Below, one piece after another: positions 39,195 to 51,714 of a DNA stretch of 64,000 nt. Each line of letters opens with the position of its first letter. The stretch's first letter is position 1. Under the pieces are notes generated by a model that saw only the letters and a program-made list of their open reading frames with translations, made no database searches and was not told where the DNA came from. The translations under genes were made by a program, and so were the position numbers. The stretch lies in assembly GCF_009914755.1 (NCBI RefSeq), contig NC_060938.1. One strand, 5' to 3'. This DNA is from the human T2T-CHM13v2.0 reference genome, Homo sapiens.

Positions 39195-40760
39195 TAAGAA
39201 AAACCAAGTTGGAGGGCTATTAATACCTAATTTCAAAACTTATAAAGCTACAGTTCTCAAGAGCATATGGTGTTTGCCTAAAGATAGATAGAAAGATCAA
39301 TGGAACAGAGAGTTCATAATTGGACTCGAACATAAATGGACAACTGATTTTCAATAAAGGCAATTCATTCGAGAAAAGATAGTCTTCCAAAATATGATGC
39401 TGGAAAAAATGAATATCCAAATGCAAAAAGGAAAAAAAAGATGAACTTATAACCATATCACACATCATATACAAAAATTAACTTAAAATATGGACCTATA
39501 TATAAAACCTGAAACTATAAAATTTCTAGAAGAAAACACAGGAAAAAAATCTTTGTCACCTTTGGTTAGGCAAAGATTTCTTAGATACAACACCAAAAGC
39601 ACATTCCATAAAAGAATGAACTGATAAATTGGACTTGATCAAAAATTAAAACTTGTCCTCTTTAAAAGAGACTGTTAAGAGAATGAAAAGACAAGCCACA
39701 GACTGGGAGAAATATTTGAAAATCATATACCTGATAAAGGACTTGTGTGCAGAATACAAGAAGCACTATTGAAACTCAATAATAAGAAAAAAATCTAATA
39801 GTGAAATGGGTAACAGTTTTGAACAGATACCTAATGAAAGAAGATATATGGCTAGCAAAGAAGATATATGGCATTTGTAGCACAGAAAAAGCAAGTGGCA
39901 TAGAAAAATCTAATAGTGAAATGGGCAACAGTTTTGCACAGATATCTCATGAAAGAAGACATATAGCTAGCAAAGAAGATATACAGCATTTGTTGCATAG
40001 AAAAAGCAAGTAGCAAAGAAAAAATTCAAAATGATGATCCATTAGGGAAAGTCAAGTTAAAACCACAGTGAAATGCCACTACATGCCTATTAGAATGGCC
40101 AAAATCAAAAGGACTGACAATAGCAAATCTTGGTAAGGATGTGAAGAAATTGAACTCTTGTATACTGGTGGGAATGTGAAATAGTACAGTCACTTTAGAA
40201 AACAGTTTTGCAGTTTCTTGGAAGGTTAAATGTATACCTACTTTATGATCCAGCCATTCTACTCCCAAGTATTAATCCAAGAAAATTGAAAGCAGATGTT
40301 AATACAAACACTGGTACATAATGTTGATAACAGCTTCATTTGTAATATCCCAAATTGGAAACAACCCCAATGACTATCATCAGGTGAATGAGTAAACGCA
40401 TTGTGATGTATCCATACAATGCAGTACCCCTCAGCATTAAAAAGGAATGAAATGCTGATACACACAACAACATGAATGAATTTCAAAATAATTATGTGGA
40501 GTGAAAGAAGCTAGACAAAAAAAAAATAGCATATATGGTATGATTCCATTTCTATAAAAATCAAGGAAACTAATGAAAAGTGACAGAAAAGGGGCGGGGA
40601 GAGGGCAGGCCCAGTGAAACTTGTGGGTGATGGGTGTGTTCATTTCTTGATTGTGGTAATGATTTCACAGGTCTGTACACAGGTCAAAGTTATTGTACCC
40701 TTTAAATTTGTGTAGTTTATTTTATGTTGATTTTACTTCAATAAAACTTTTTTAAAAGAC
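39195..40760 (+). mobile_element. L1MB/MC-type ORF2 end and 3'UTR
   Basis: tataaagctacagt...gatcaatggaacaga...ggacaactgattttcaataaagg...caagccacagactgggagaaa...ttcaataaaac. Confidence 0.85.
39790..40020 (+). repeat. Tandem duplication, period 115 bp, inside the L1
   Basis: aatctaatagtgaaatggg at 39792 and 39907, each followed by aacagttttg.acagata...gaaagaaga.atat.gctagcaaagaagatat...gaaaaagcaagt. Confidence 0.9.
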
Positions 40761-41080
40761 AATAATAATTTCATTCATTTATTCAGCAAAACTTTGTTCA
40801 GCAACTTCTCTGTTCCAGGCACTGTTGTAGGCACTAGCATTCAATAGTGATCAAACTGGACAAAATATAATAAAAATATTATCTGCATTTTATACATAAA
40901 ATTATTTACTTAACCCCTGTAAGTCTCCAAATGAGACTTCTAACCATTGATTTTGGTTCTACCCCCTGAACCAACCAGAAAATTATTTAATTATGTTAAC
41001 GCTGTGATTATGTCCTAAGGCTTCTCTTTTCTAGGTTTCATAATAATTATGACCATGGTGATACAATTAATGATAACAGG

Positions 41081-41538
41081 TGTTATTATTTTTCTATTGC
41101 TGCTATAACAAATTACCACAAATGTAGGGGCTTAAAATAACACACATTTATTATCTTACAACTGTGTAGGTCCAAAGTCTGACATGGGTCTCACTGGGCT
41201 GAAATTAAGGTGTCGACAGGGTTGCATTCCTTCTGGAGGTTCTAGGGGAGAACTGCTTCCTTGCCTTTTTCCAGGTCCTTGGCTCTATTCTTCCCTCCCA
41301 TCACTTCAATTCTGATTCCATCATCACATCTCCTCTCACTCTGACTCTGCTTCTTCCCTCTTAGAAGGACCCTCGTGATTGCACTGGGACCACCTGGATA
41401 ATCGAGGCTAATCTTTTCAACTCAGGATCCTAAACTTAAGCACATCTTCAAAGTCCCTTTGCCAGATAAGGTAACATATTCACAGGTTCCAGGGATTAGA
41501 CGTGGACACCTTTGGGAGCCATTATTCTGCCTACCACT
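41081..41538 (-). mobile_element. MLT1D-like MaLR solo LTR
   Basis: ttctattgctgctataacaaattaccacaaa...gggtctcactgggct.aaatt.aaggtgtc...aggtaacatattcacaggttccagggattag...ccattattctgcctaccac. Confidence 0.88.
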
Positions 41539-41539
41539 G

Positions 41540-41710
41540 CAGTTAGCATTTTTGGATTCACATGTGCCAGGCATGCTGCCAAGGGCTTTACACGCATCAT
41601 CCCACTGAATCATTCTGACAATCCTATGAGGTTGGTCCCATTGTCCCCATTATAGAGATGAGGACTCTCAGGCACAGAGAGATTAAGGAACTCCCCACAT
41701 CACACAACTA
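41540..41710 (-). mobile_element. MIR
   Basis: atgtgccaggca...acaatcctatgagg...ccccattatagagatgagga...ggcacagagagattaag. Confidence 0.75.
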
Positions 41711-42319
41711 ATTTTTCCAGTTCTTACATCTTCTTTGTAAGTCATGCTTTTCAGAGGTTTTGGCTTTCTTGCTTTCATCTATGGATGGGCTAAAATTTGT
41801 TGCTATTAGAAAAAATTGATGAAACCAGGAGGGAGGACATCCCAGATTTTTAAAATCATATGAACAAAATAGTGGCAGCAGGAAAGCAAAAATGCATTTT
41901 TGAGGACCAGCAAGGAATCCAGAATGACAGGGCAAAGGGTGTGTTGGGGAGTAGTGAGAGAGAAGGCGGGAAACAGGGTCCTGAAGCCAGACTTCAACAG
42001 GCAAAGATGGGTCAAGGAGGAAGAAAGCCAATGCTGAGCGGGGTGACACATCGCAGGGGTGCTTAGACAAACCAATCCAAAAGGTTCTAGGTGAAAAGGA
42101 AGGGAGTGAAGAGGGAGAAATTACAGAACCTATGTTATAAAAGCTGTCAAACTCTTCTGAAAAACATAAAAAGACATGTTTTATGAATATATTGAGAGCT
42201 TATCATGCCCCTGAAATTTTAATCAAATGCTTTGCTGACTTTTTTTATTTGTAGCCTAAGAAAAATAATTTCCCACACAGAAGAATAAGGGGTAAGTATG
42301 GCCATATATATATATATAT

Positions 42320-43990
42320 ATTAAAGGAGAAATAGGACTACCTCATAATATAACATATCATCAAGCTACAATAATTAAAATAGTATACAATGAGTATAGT
42401 ACTAAACAGATCAATGTAACAGAGTAGGAAGCTTAGAAACAGACTTAAACGAAAGCAAATATTTAGTAGATTGTAAAGGTAGTAATTCAAATTACAGGAT
42501 AATAAATAATTAGTAAATGGTGTTGATGATTGGTTAATTTGAAAAAAACATGGGTTTCTACATTCATTAACCAAAACAAATTCAAAATTGATTAAATGAT
42601 AAAATGTAAAAAAATAAAATATTTAAGAGAAATAGAAAAAATGTGAATTTGTTTAACCTCAAACTGAGGTTTTTAAACGTAAAACAAAAGGAAGAAACAG
42701 AAAGGAAATCAATAATAGATTTGAACACACACCCACATACGATAATATTTCTAATATGTCAACACCATTAAAAACATCAAATAACAAACTGATAAATATA
42801 CATAAATGTATATAACAAAAAAGTTAATATCCTTAAAATGTAAAGAACTTTTATCAAGAGAAACACTCCAATAGAAATCCAAGTAAGTGATCTGAACTAA
42901 GAATTCATAAGTAAATGCAAATAGCAATAAACATTAAAAAAAACTGGCTTCACATGTAATCAAATAATTAAATAATATGTTTTTGACCATCAAATTGATA
43001 AAAATTATTTTAATAATAATATCCATTTTTTTAGGACAAACAGGCAATCTCATACAGTACTGCTGGAAATACATATCAGGTCAACCTTTTTTTTAACCTT
43101 AATTAAAAACACTTTATTGTTGAAAAAATGCTAATGATCACCGGAGTCTTCAGCAAGTCATAATCTTTTTGCTGGTGGATGGTCTTGCCTTGATTTGGGG
43201 GGTTTGGGGTCTTTTTAAAATAATTCCTATTTTTATTTTAGATTCAGGGGGTACATGTGCAGGTTTGTTACATGGGTATAATGCATGATACTGAGGTTTG
43301 GGGTACAAATGATCCCATCACTCAGGTAGTGAGCATAAGTACCCAATAGGTAGTTTTTCGGCCTTTGCCCCTATCCCTCTCTCTCCCCTCTAGTAGTCCT
43401 CAGTGTCAATTGTTCCTGTCTTTATGTCCATGTATACCCAATGGTTAGCTCCCACTTATAAGTGGGAACACGGAGTATTTGGTTTTCTGTTCCTGCATTA
43501 ATTCTCAGGTTTAGGTAATCGCCTTCAGCCGCATCTATGCTACTGCAAAGGTCAGTTCAACCTTTCCGAAAGGACATTTGACAATTTGCATCAAAAGCCT
43601 GAAGAACATTCACATCTTTTGACCCAGAACTTCCACTTCCAGGAATTCACAGGAAATAACTAGAAAAGTGTACAAACAACCACGTATAGGAATGTTCAGT
43701 ATCAGGGGGTATTATAATTTTTTTCAAATGGGAAAAATCTGAAGGCTCAGTAATATGAAACTTGATTATTGTAGTACATCTATAGGATGGAATACTAGGC
43801 AGACTTTAAAACCATGAAGAAGAAAAATAGTTAATGATGTCAGAAGATGTTGAAAATACCCAGAAAACTGAAAAAAATTAAGCCACTACACAGTACACAG
43901 AAGATGATCCCAAATGTTTTTGGCACACACGTATATATGTCTGTATATTAAGATATAAAGGACACATACCAAAATATCAATTTACTTCAT
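42320..43990 (+). mobile_element. Ancient L1ME-type fragment (host of the L1PA16 insertion)
   Basis: aaagctacaataattaaaatagt...; aaacaggcaatctcatac...caacc|tttccgaaaggacatttgacaat...tttgacccagaacttccacttccaggaatt. Confidence 0.65.
43090..43551 (-). mobile_element. 5'-truncated L1PA16-like 3' end plus about 130 bp putative 3' transduction containing a Tigger1 fragment
   Basis: TSD tcag(g/t)tcaaccttt at 43076-43089 and 43552-43565 encloses both the L1 (about 43225-43551) and non-L1 sequence (43095-43220). Confidence 0.8.
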
Positions 43991-45454
43991 CTACCGAAGT
44001 TCTCCAGGGTACATAACTGTAGGCAACACAACCATAAGAGTTAATACTACGTGAAAATTGAGAGGGCACAAAAAACCATATGTAATATTTTGGCCATTAA
44101 AGGCATACATAATTGAGAAGATTAAGATCATTGAAATATAGTTGTATTTCTGTCCTACAAAATGTCCTATGAATTTGTCTCTTCTTGTTTTAAATATTGC
44201 AATTTCCCTCCAGAATGGTCCAGTTTTATTTATTTCGCCCTTTCTGCTGACTCTCCAGTATAGTACATATTACAAAGTTTCATAAGGAAACAGCATCAGA
44301 CCAAAAGAAAGAGACGCTTTCCAAAAACTATTTTACTAGCAAAATCTTCCAGAGTTCTCTCAAGTTGAAATTCTTCATTATGAATCAAAAAGAGAGGCTT
44401 CAAATGATCAATAGAATTAGATTATCAAGTGAATTCATTTGAATAGATAATCTTTAGGATATTTTTTTGCTTTCTACTATTTTTTCATGTTCCTAACAAA
44501 TATATGCAGATGTAACTCAGTTTAAACTAGAAATCAAAGTTCTGTATTACTACAAAAATACTTTTTGATTACAGGAACCCTATCTTCCTTTAAAAACGTT
44601 TAAAACACTCATTAGCCTGTCTTTAGCTTCAGCTAATACAATACATAATGACTTTCATTTATTATTACTACTGTATAATCATTGTTATTTCAAAGTCATG
44701 CATGCCTATTGCAACCTGTCAAACAACCCAAAGGAATATTAAGCATTGATAATCTTCCTCCCTTCATCCAGATCCCACTCTCCTGAGGAACTCAGGTTAA
44801 CTGTTTGACTATTATCCTTTGGCACCCTCTAATCTACTTGTTTTAGTTTGAGAAAAGCAAAAGTTATGCCCATTAGCAAAATTTATTCTGGTTTTGCAAA
44901 GTATTACTCTATATATGAAAAAATCTGTTGAAATAAATCAAAAGTAATTCAAAACCTTTAACCATTCCAATTCTGATGGAGGAAATCTTTTCCATAAATT
45001 TGGGCTAAAATTTAACCAACTCAAATTGACCCATAGAGATAACTCAGGTGTTTTTTTCTCTCTCTCTAATATATCTAATTCATTTTAGACAATGAATTTC
45101 CTTTGTAGAAATATCATTCATACAGTATGTTTTTAGTATTACACATACAGAAAAAAATCATTTAAATTGGTTCTTTTCTCTCATAAAATTAACCTGTCCT
45201 CTCTGTTCTAAGATTACCTCAATTCTTGGTGTTCCATAATTAACTTTTCTCTCCATCTTTTCCTTTTTTTCCCTTGTCCCAAACTTTTCCAGACAGATTT
45301 CCAGACTCACTTTCTTACTCTTCCACTTCTGGCTTTCAGAGCCCATCATATGCTTTGCCCTTTATTCAATGCAGTTCTATTTCTGATTCTATTCCATTCT
45401 AGGATGGGCCTATCCTGGTTTAAAACACTCATTTTTTAGTGTTTAGTGTTAGTC

Positions 45455-45870
45455 CAGGAGACCTGGACTCAGCAGACTTTTATTGATAGTGAAGTTGGAT
45501 GTTGGTGAGCTCACTAGCCACTGTCTCTTTTTTCCCATCCATAAAAACAAGAATCACATTTATCCACTCAGAAAGTTGTTGTGAGGCTTACATAAAATAG
45601 AGTCCAGAAGAGCTGTAAATGGAAAGCCACCCTGTCCTCTCCACCATCAATTTGTATAGTGGCTAAGAGCACATGCTTTCAAGTGACTAGCTCCTTCTTT
45701 TTTCAGTTGTGTGATCTTGGGCACAATCTTATATTCTCTGTGCCTCAATTTCCTCATCTGCAAGTTAGAGATAAAGAAGTATCTACCACGTATGGTTGTC
45801 GTAGGAGTAAATGCGATGTGGTCTGAAAAGCACTTAGTATATACTACATGATCAAGAAATGTTTGCTACC
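45455..45870 (+). mobile_element. Two MIR fragments
   Basis: gttgttgtgagg.ttacataaaat; gtgtgatcttgggca...ctctgtgcctcaatttcctcatctgcaa. Confidence 0.7.
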
Positions 45871-46688
45871 CTATATCTTATATCACTTCAGACTTTCACT
45901 TGTATAATAATTCCAAAACTAAAATATTCTCCCATCTCTCTTCTTTGAAACATTCAACATTTTCCCATTGTAATTCGTCTTTCATGGATGTGCCCTTTTG
46001 GGGAACCTTAGCAATAATATTTTCTCATAATTAAAGAAATTTTTCATGAGAAAGCAGCCAAACTGATAGGCTCTGAGATGCCAAACTCTTTCATTAGAGG
46101 TTTTTTATGATAACTTACGTGGAAATTTCACCAAGTCCTTAGCACAAATACTTTTTCATGCCATTCACAAAAGTAATTTGCACAAGCAATGACTATATGG
46201 AGAGAACCACTGAATTAAATATCGGGGTCATTTAAGTAATTAGCATTCTTCAAGTGGCATCTTTGCTCCATCCCTTTCCATATGTGACCTTCAGCAGCTT
46301 ACCCTCTTTGGATCTCCATTTCCTCATCTATTTAAAAAGTCTGGATAATAATATATACCTCATAAGCAGAAGTGAAGATGAAAGAGTGAAAAGTGCTGAA
46401 TATCAGCTCTGAGTAGAATTTGATAGGTTAAGGATGTTAGCCATGCAACAATCATTAAGAACAATAGCTAAAAAGACAATAGATGAAGTAAAATGGAGAG
46501 TAAAAAATGCTTTTATTAACTGAAAAGACAGAAGATGCAAGTAATGAAGGAATAAAACCTAGATGAGACAAATAAGAATGAAAAATGGTAGATTTAAGCC
46601 CAGTCATATCTATAATTACACAAATATAAATGTTTAAACACTCCAATTAAAAAGAAGAAATTGTCAGACTGGATAAAACTGCAAGACT

Positions 46689-47002
<314 letters not shown>

Positions 47003-47064
47003 CAGCAGACTCTAGAAGACTGTTGATAAGAGACATGCTTTATAAATATTTACTTAGATAGCTA

Positions 47065-47499
<435 letters not shown>

Positions 47500-49455
47500 T
47501 CAATTTACCAGGAAGAACATTCATAAATGTGTATGCATCTAATAAAAAAACTAGAATTATTTGAAGGAAACCTAAGAAAACTAATGGAATAAATAGAAAA
47601 ATGCACAATCATAATTGGATATTTAAAAATCCCTCTCTCAATAATAGACAAAATAAATAGACAAAAAACAAGAATCTAGAACAGCCTTCATGAACTGGAT
47701 TTGTGGGAGAAATTTAAGCACTTGGAAAATAATTTGAATGACTTTTTTTTTCAATTTTCCCCAAAGATGGACATAGCTAGCACCATTCTAGATCCATACA
47801 ATGCACATCTTAGGGCACTGGGGCTTAATTATCTGCAGGAGCCCAGTTGCAAAGGGTTGGTAGAGAAAATATGAAAACCACTATCTATTAACTTAACCTA
47901 ATTGGCACTTATAGAACATTTATACCTAAAAATGGATTGGGGTGGTATGAATAGTTATGTGGTTTTAAACACTTTCACAAACACACCAAACTATACCCTT
48001 AAAATGAGTGCATTTTATTACATGTAAATTACATCTTGGAATACCTCATTGGTGGGGAGGATTGAGATTCCACTACACATCCACTAGAATGTCTGAAATT
48101 AGAGTCTGATCAGTTCTGGTGAGGATGGAAAACAACTAAAACTTTCATGTACTGTAAATAAGAATGCAAAATGGTATAGGCACTTTGGAAAACTGTTTAG
48201 GAGTTTCTAATAAAACTAAACATTAGCCTACCCTATAACCTCCAAGGTATACTCCTAGGTACATATTCAAGAGAAATGTTTCCACAGGTTCACAAAATAT
48301 GTTCAAGAATGTTCATAGCAGTTGTATTCATAATAGCTTTAAAAAAGTCCCAAATATCCACCAACAAGTGAAGGGATAAACAAATTATGATATATTTCTA
48401 TTGTAGAATATTGCACAGTAATTTTTAAAACTCTCAATATGCACAATAACATGAATGTTTAGCAAAGCATTATATTGAGCAAAAGAAGACAGACACAAAA
48501 TTATTCCCTTTCTATGCTGTCCAAAGACAGGCAGAGCCACTCTGTGGTGATAGAAGCCAGAATAACGGTTGCCTCTGGGAATGGGAGATTGACTAGGAGA
48601 AGTGGTATGAATGAGGATCCCTACTGATAGAAGTGTTCTTTTTTGATCTGGCCTGATCTGGGTGGTTACAAGGTGTACATCCACCAAACTGTATAAGTGA
48701 GACTTGTTTCCTTTTCTGTATGTTAATTACATCTCAGCATTTTTAAAAGATTAAATGGTATAATTAAGTTAAATCACAGAATCAGTCTGACAGGTGGATG
48801 ATGTTTAATACATTATAGCTATTATTGTTATTCAACTTATATACCTGTTACTAACATCTGCTAAGCACGTGTAACTGCACACACTTGGAAAAATAAGCTA
48901 AAAAAAGTTTAAAAAGGAACGCACACGTGATTTGAAAAGTGCATTTGTGAAAGAGTGGGAGAAATTTGAGCACAATTTATCTAAGGTAAGGCACTGGAAG
49001 AAACACAAAACTCATAAAGCCTGTGTCCTATAAATGTCTTGATGAACTTCAGAAAATGTTCATAAATTATACAGCCATTGGAGTTTTGTCACTAATGTCA
49101 TTTGTTTTCAAAGCCTTCAATTTAGTAAGCAACAATTGTAGCATGGTGCTTTTTTATAAACATTTTAAAGGCACTAGGGGAAAAAAGAGATTTATATTAA
49201 GAAAATAAATGGGTTAAGATTTAGGTCAAAATCCCAAAATGATTTGTATTTGTCCTTAATTTGCTCCATGAAAAAGGCTGCTTTGAGAATCTCGGCATTC
49301 TCTTAGGATTCCCTTGCTCCCTGCCTCTTTGTGAGAATACAGGCTGGTTTAGCAATGGAGGAGTGAGTCCTTTCTGGGAAAAAGAACAAGAAAAGATTTT
49401 TCTTGTAGGCACAGGCCTTATAAACACAGCCTCGGGTATAGAAGGGAGACAAATG

Positions 49456-49680
49456 TGCTATGGTTTGAATGTACGCTCCCGAACTCACGTTGAAATTTAA
49501 CTGTCATTGTGACTATACTAAGAAGCGGCACCTTAAAGAGGTGATTGCCCTTATGAACGAATGAATGTCCTTATCACAGGTGTGGGTTAGTTAGTGGGGA
49601 GTGGGCTTCTGATAAAAGGATGAGTTCAGCTAATTTTTTCTCACTGTCTCGAAAGCTTGCTTGCCAATGCACTCTGCTGT
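49456..49680 (+). mobile_element. MST (MSTB/D-like) LTR 5' fragment
   Basis: tgctatggtttgaatgt...aactcacgttgaaatttaa...gaggtgatt...ataaaaggatgagttcagc. Confidence 0.7.
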
Positions 49681-49789
49681 TTTAAAACCTTTAAAAGGTT
49701 ACTCTGACAATATAGTTAGCTACATGTAAGCCAACACAGAACCAACAAGAGGTTCTAGAGAACCTTTATTATTCCCTTTTGCTTAAATA

Positions 49790-50045
49790 ATGAGTTGTCC
49801 TAGAGTAGTCAAATTCATGAAGACATTAAGTAGAATGGTGGTTTGGTTGCCAGGCGCAGGAAGATAGGGAGAGATGCAGGGTTAATGTTTAATAGTTACA
49901 GAGTGAGTTCTAGAGATGGATGGTCACCATGGTTGCACAACAGCAAGTGTGTTGTTAACACCACAAACTATACACTTAAAAAATGGTTAAGATGGCACAT
50001 ATTATGTTATGTGCATTTTGCCACAATTAAAAATATTTTAAAAAA
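49790..50045 (+). mobile_element. L1MB-type 3' end
   Basis: cctagagtagtcaaattcat...gtagaatggtggtt...tacacttaaaaaatggttaagatgg...ccacaattaaaaa. Confidence 0.8.
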
Positions 50046-50619
50046 GATAACGACTTAGGGAAAACATATAAATAAATCTTCCATTGTTTTATTAATAAAT
50101 TGTTAAATGAGTTAATAGATGATCAGGGGTCTTTCTAATACATCTTACTAGCTCTTGGCAAACTTTATTTTCTGCTGTAGTTAAGACTTTAAAATTTCAC
50201 TTAATATTTACGGATGACAAATAATGAAATTATAAGAATGCAACTGTGCAATCAACTTATAGTCAACCAGTAGAACTAGTTAATGTTTCTCCATATCATA
50301 AAGTGCTAATAAAGTAAAATCTATAACCAAAGTAAAATTTAATCACTTTATAAATGAACTTCACATTGTAGATTTCCTGCAGCAATCGAAAATTTAAAAT
50401 CTAAAGGGTTCATAGTTTGCATCTTTTGTACAGTGTTGCAAAAGCACTAGCTTTGTGATTCCTAATGGTTTCTCTATATCTGTTTAATCAATACTCTTTA
50501 TAACCATTAAACCAAAAGGTAAGTTCAGTGAATATGATTTTAATATTAATACATTACATTTGCAACGGAGTGCTATTATCTTTGAAAGTGTTTTTACATT
50601 GATTTTCTCTTCCTGTATC

Positions 50620-51130
50620 CGCATCTCACTTAACAACATCACTATCCACCCACATGTCTGAGCCGGAAACTTAAATAATTCTTAAGTCTTCTTCATCTCC
50701 AAGTTCTAATCACTGTATTTCCCAATCCCTCTTGCTCTCCACTGCCACAGTTTCGGCTCCACTGTGTCTCAATGTGGAAGTCTCCTTAACCTCCCATGCC
50801 TCACCATATTCTACTCCTACCTTCCACATTGCTGGAGTGCTTTATAAACACAAATCTGAGAGGGCTTTTATATCACCAAAAATACCAAATTACTCTCTAT
50901 TGTTAACAGAGAATAAAATCTAAAGTTCCTACTATGGCCTGTTCACCAACCCATTCTCAGCTACCCCTTCCCCAGGAAAATCTTGTCATGCATAGAACTA
51001 CTACTTGTCCATATCTGATTATGCCAGCTTTACAAGTCTATTCCTTTGGACCCACTGAACCCTTTCCCTAGAAGAATCTCCCAAACCCCTACCACAATTT
51101 TCTGGCATATGACATCATTCAAGGCCCAGA
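50620..51130 (+). mobile_element. L2 fragment
   Basis: aacatcactatccaccca...ctctccactgccac...aaacacaaatctga...gaataaaatctaaagttcct. Confidence 0.55.
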
Positions 51131-51678
51131 AAAAGAAGCTATTTAGGCAGCTGCCATGGACAATTCTACATAGAACATGCTAGAGGAGAAAAAAAAAATC
51201 CTAAATTCCAGCATCATACATATCCGCACTATAGTAGATTAGGAACAGCAGAAGCTTGAACTCTAAACATACAGTTGATGAAGGCTCTGTATTTAAAAAC
51301 CTGAGCTTGGAACAATTGCAGAAAAACAGTAATAACAACCCTGATGTCTGTAAGCAAACAGCCAGGGGTAGGTGGATCATTATAGGATGTCAACCAGGTA
51401 GGAATTGAAGACAAGGTCAACAATGTTACAGAATGAGGATGATGCAAGAAGAGAACCAGTACCACAGCTGTGACTTCTTCCTTACCCCACTGGTGCTTTT
51501 TTGTGGAAGAAGAAACAGAATGAACTGAGATGATAAATCCTGGCCCATCTGCTGCTTGTGTCCCTCCTCCTTGCTCACCTACAGCAGACATCACTCATTA
51601 ATCCCGGCATTCTTTCCACAGCACTCTTCTCATCCCAGCACCCATATCTGTGCAGCCACAGCCCATGGATCAGAGTTG

Positions 51679-51714
51679 ATGTATGCACACGTGTGTACAC
51701 ACACACGTGTGTAC
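51679..51714. repeat. 36-bp perfect purine/pyrimidine alternation containing two CACGTG palindromes
   Basis: atgtatgcacacgtgtgtacacacacacgtgtgtac. Confidence 0.85.
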
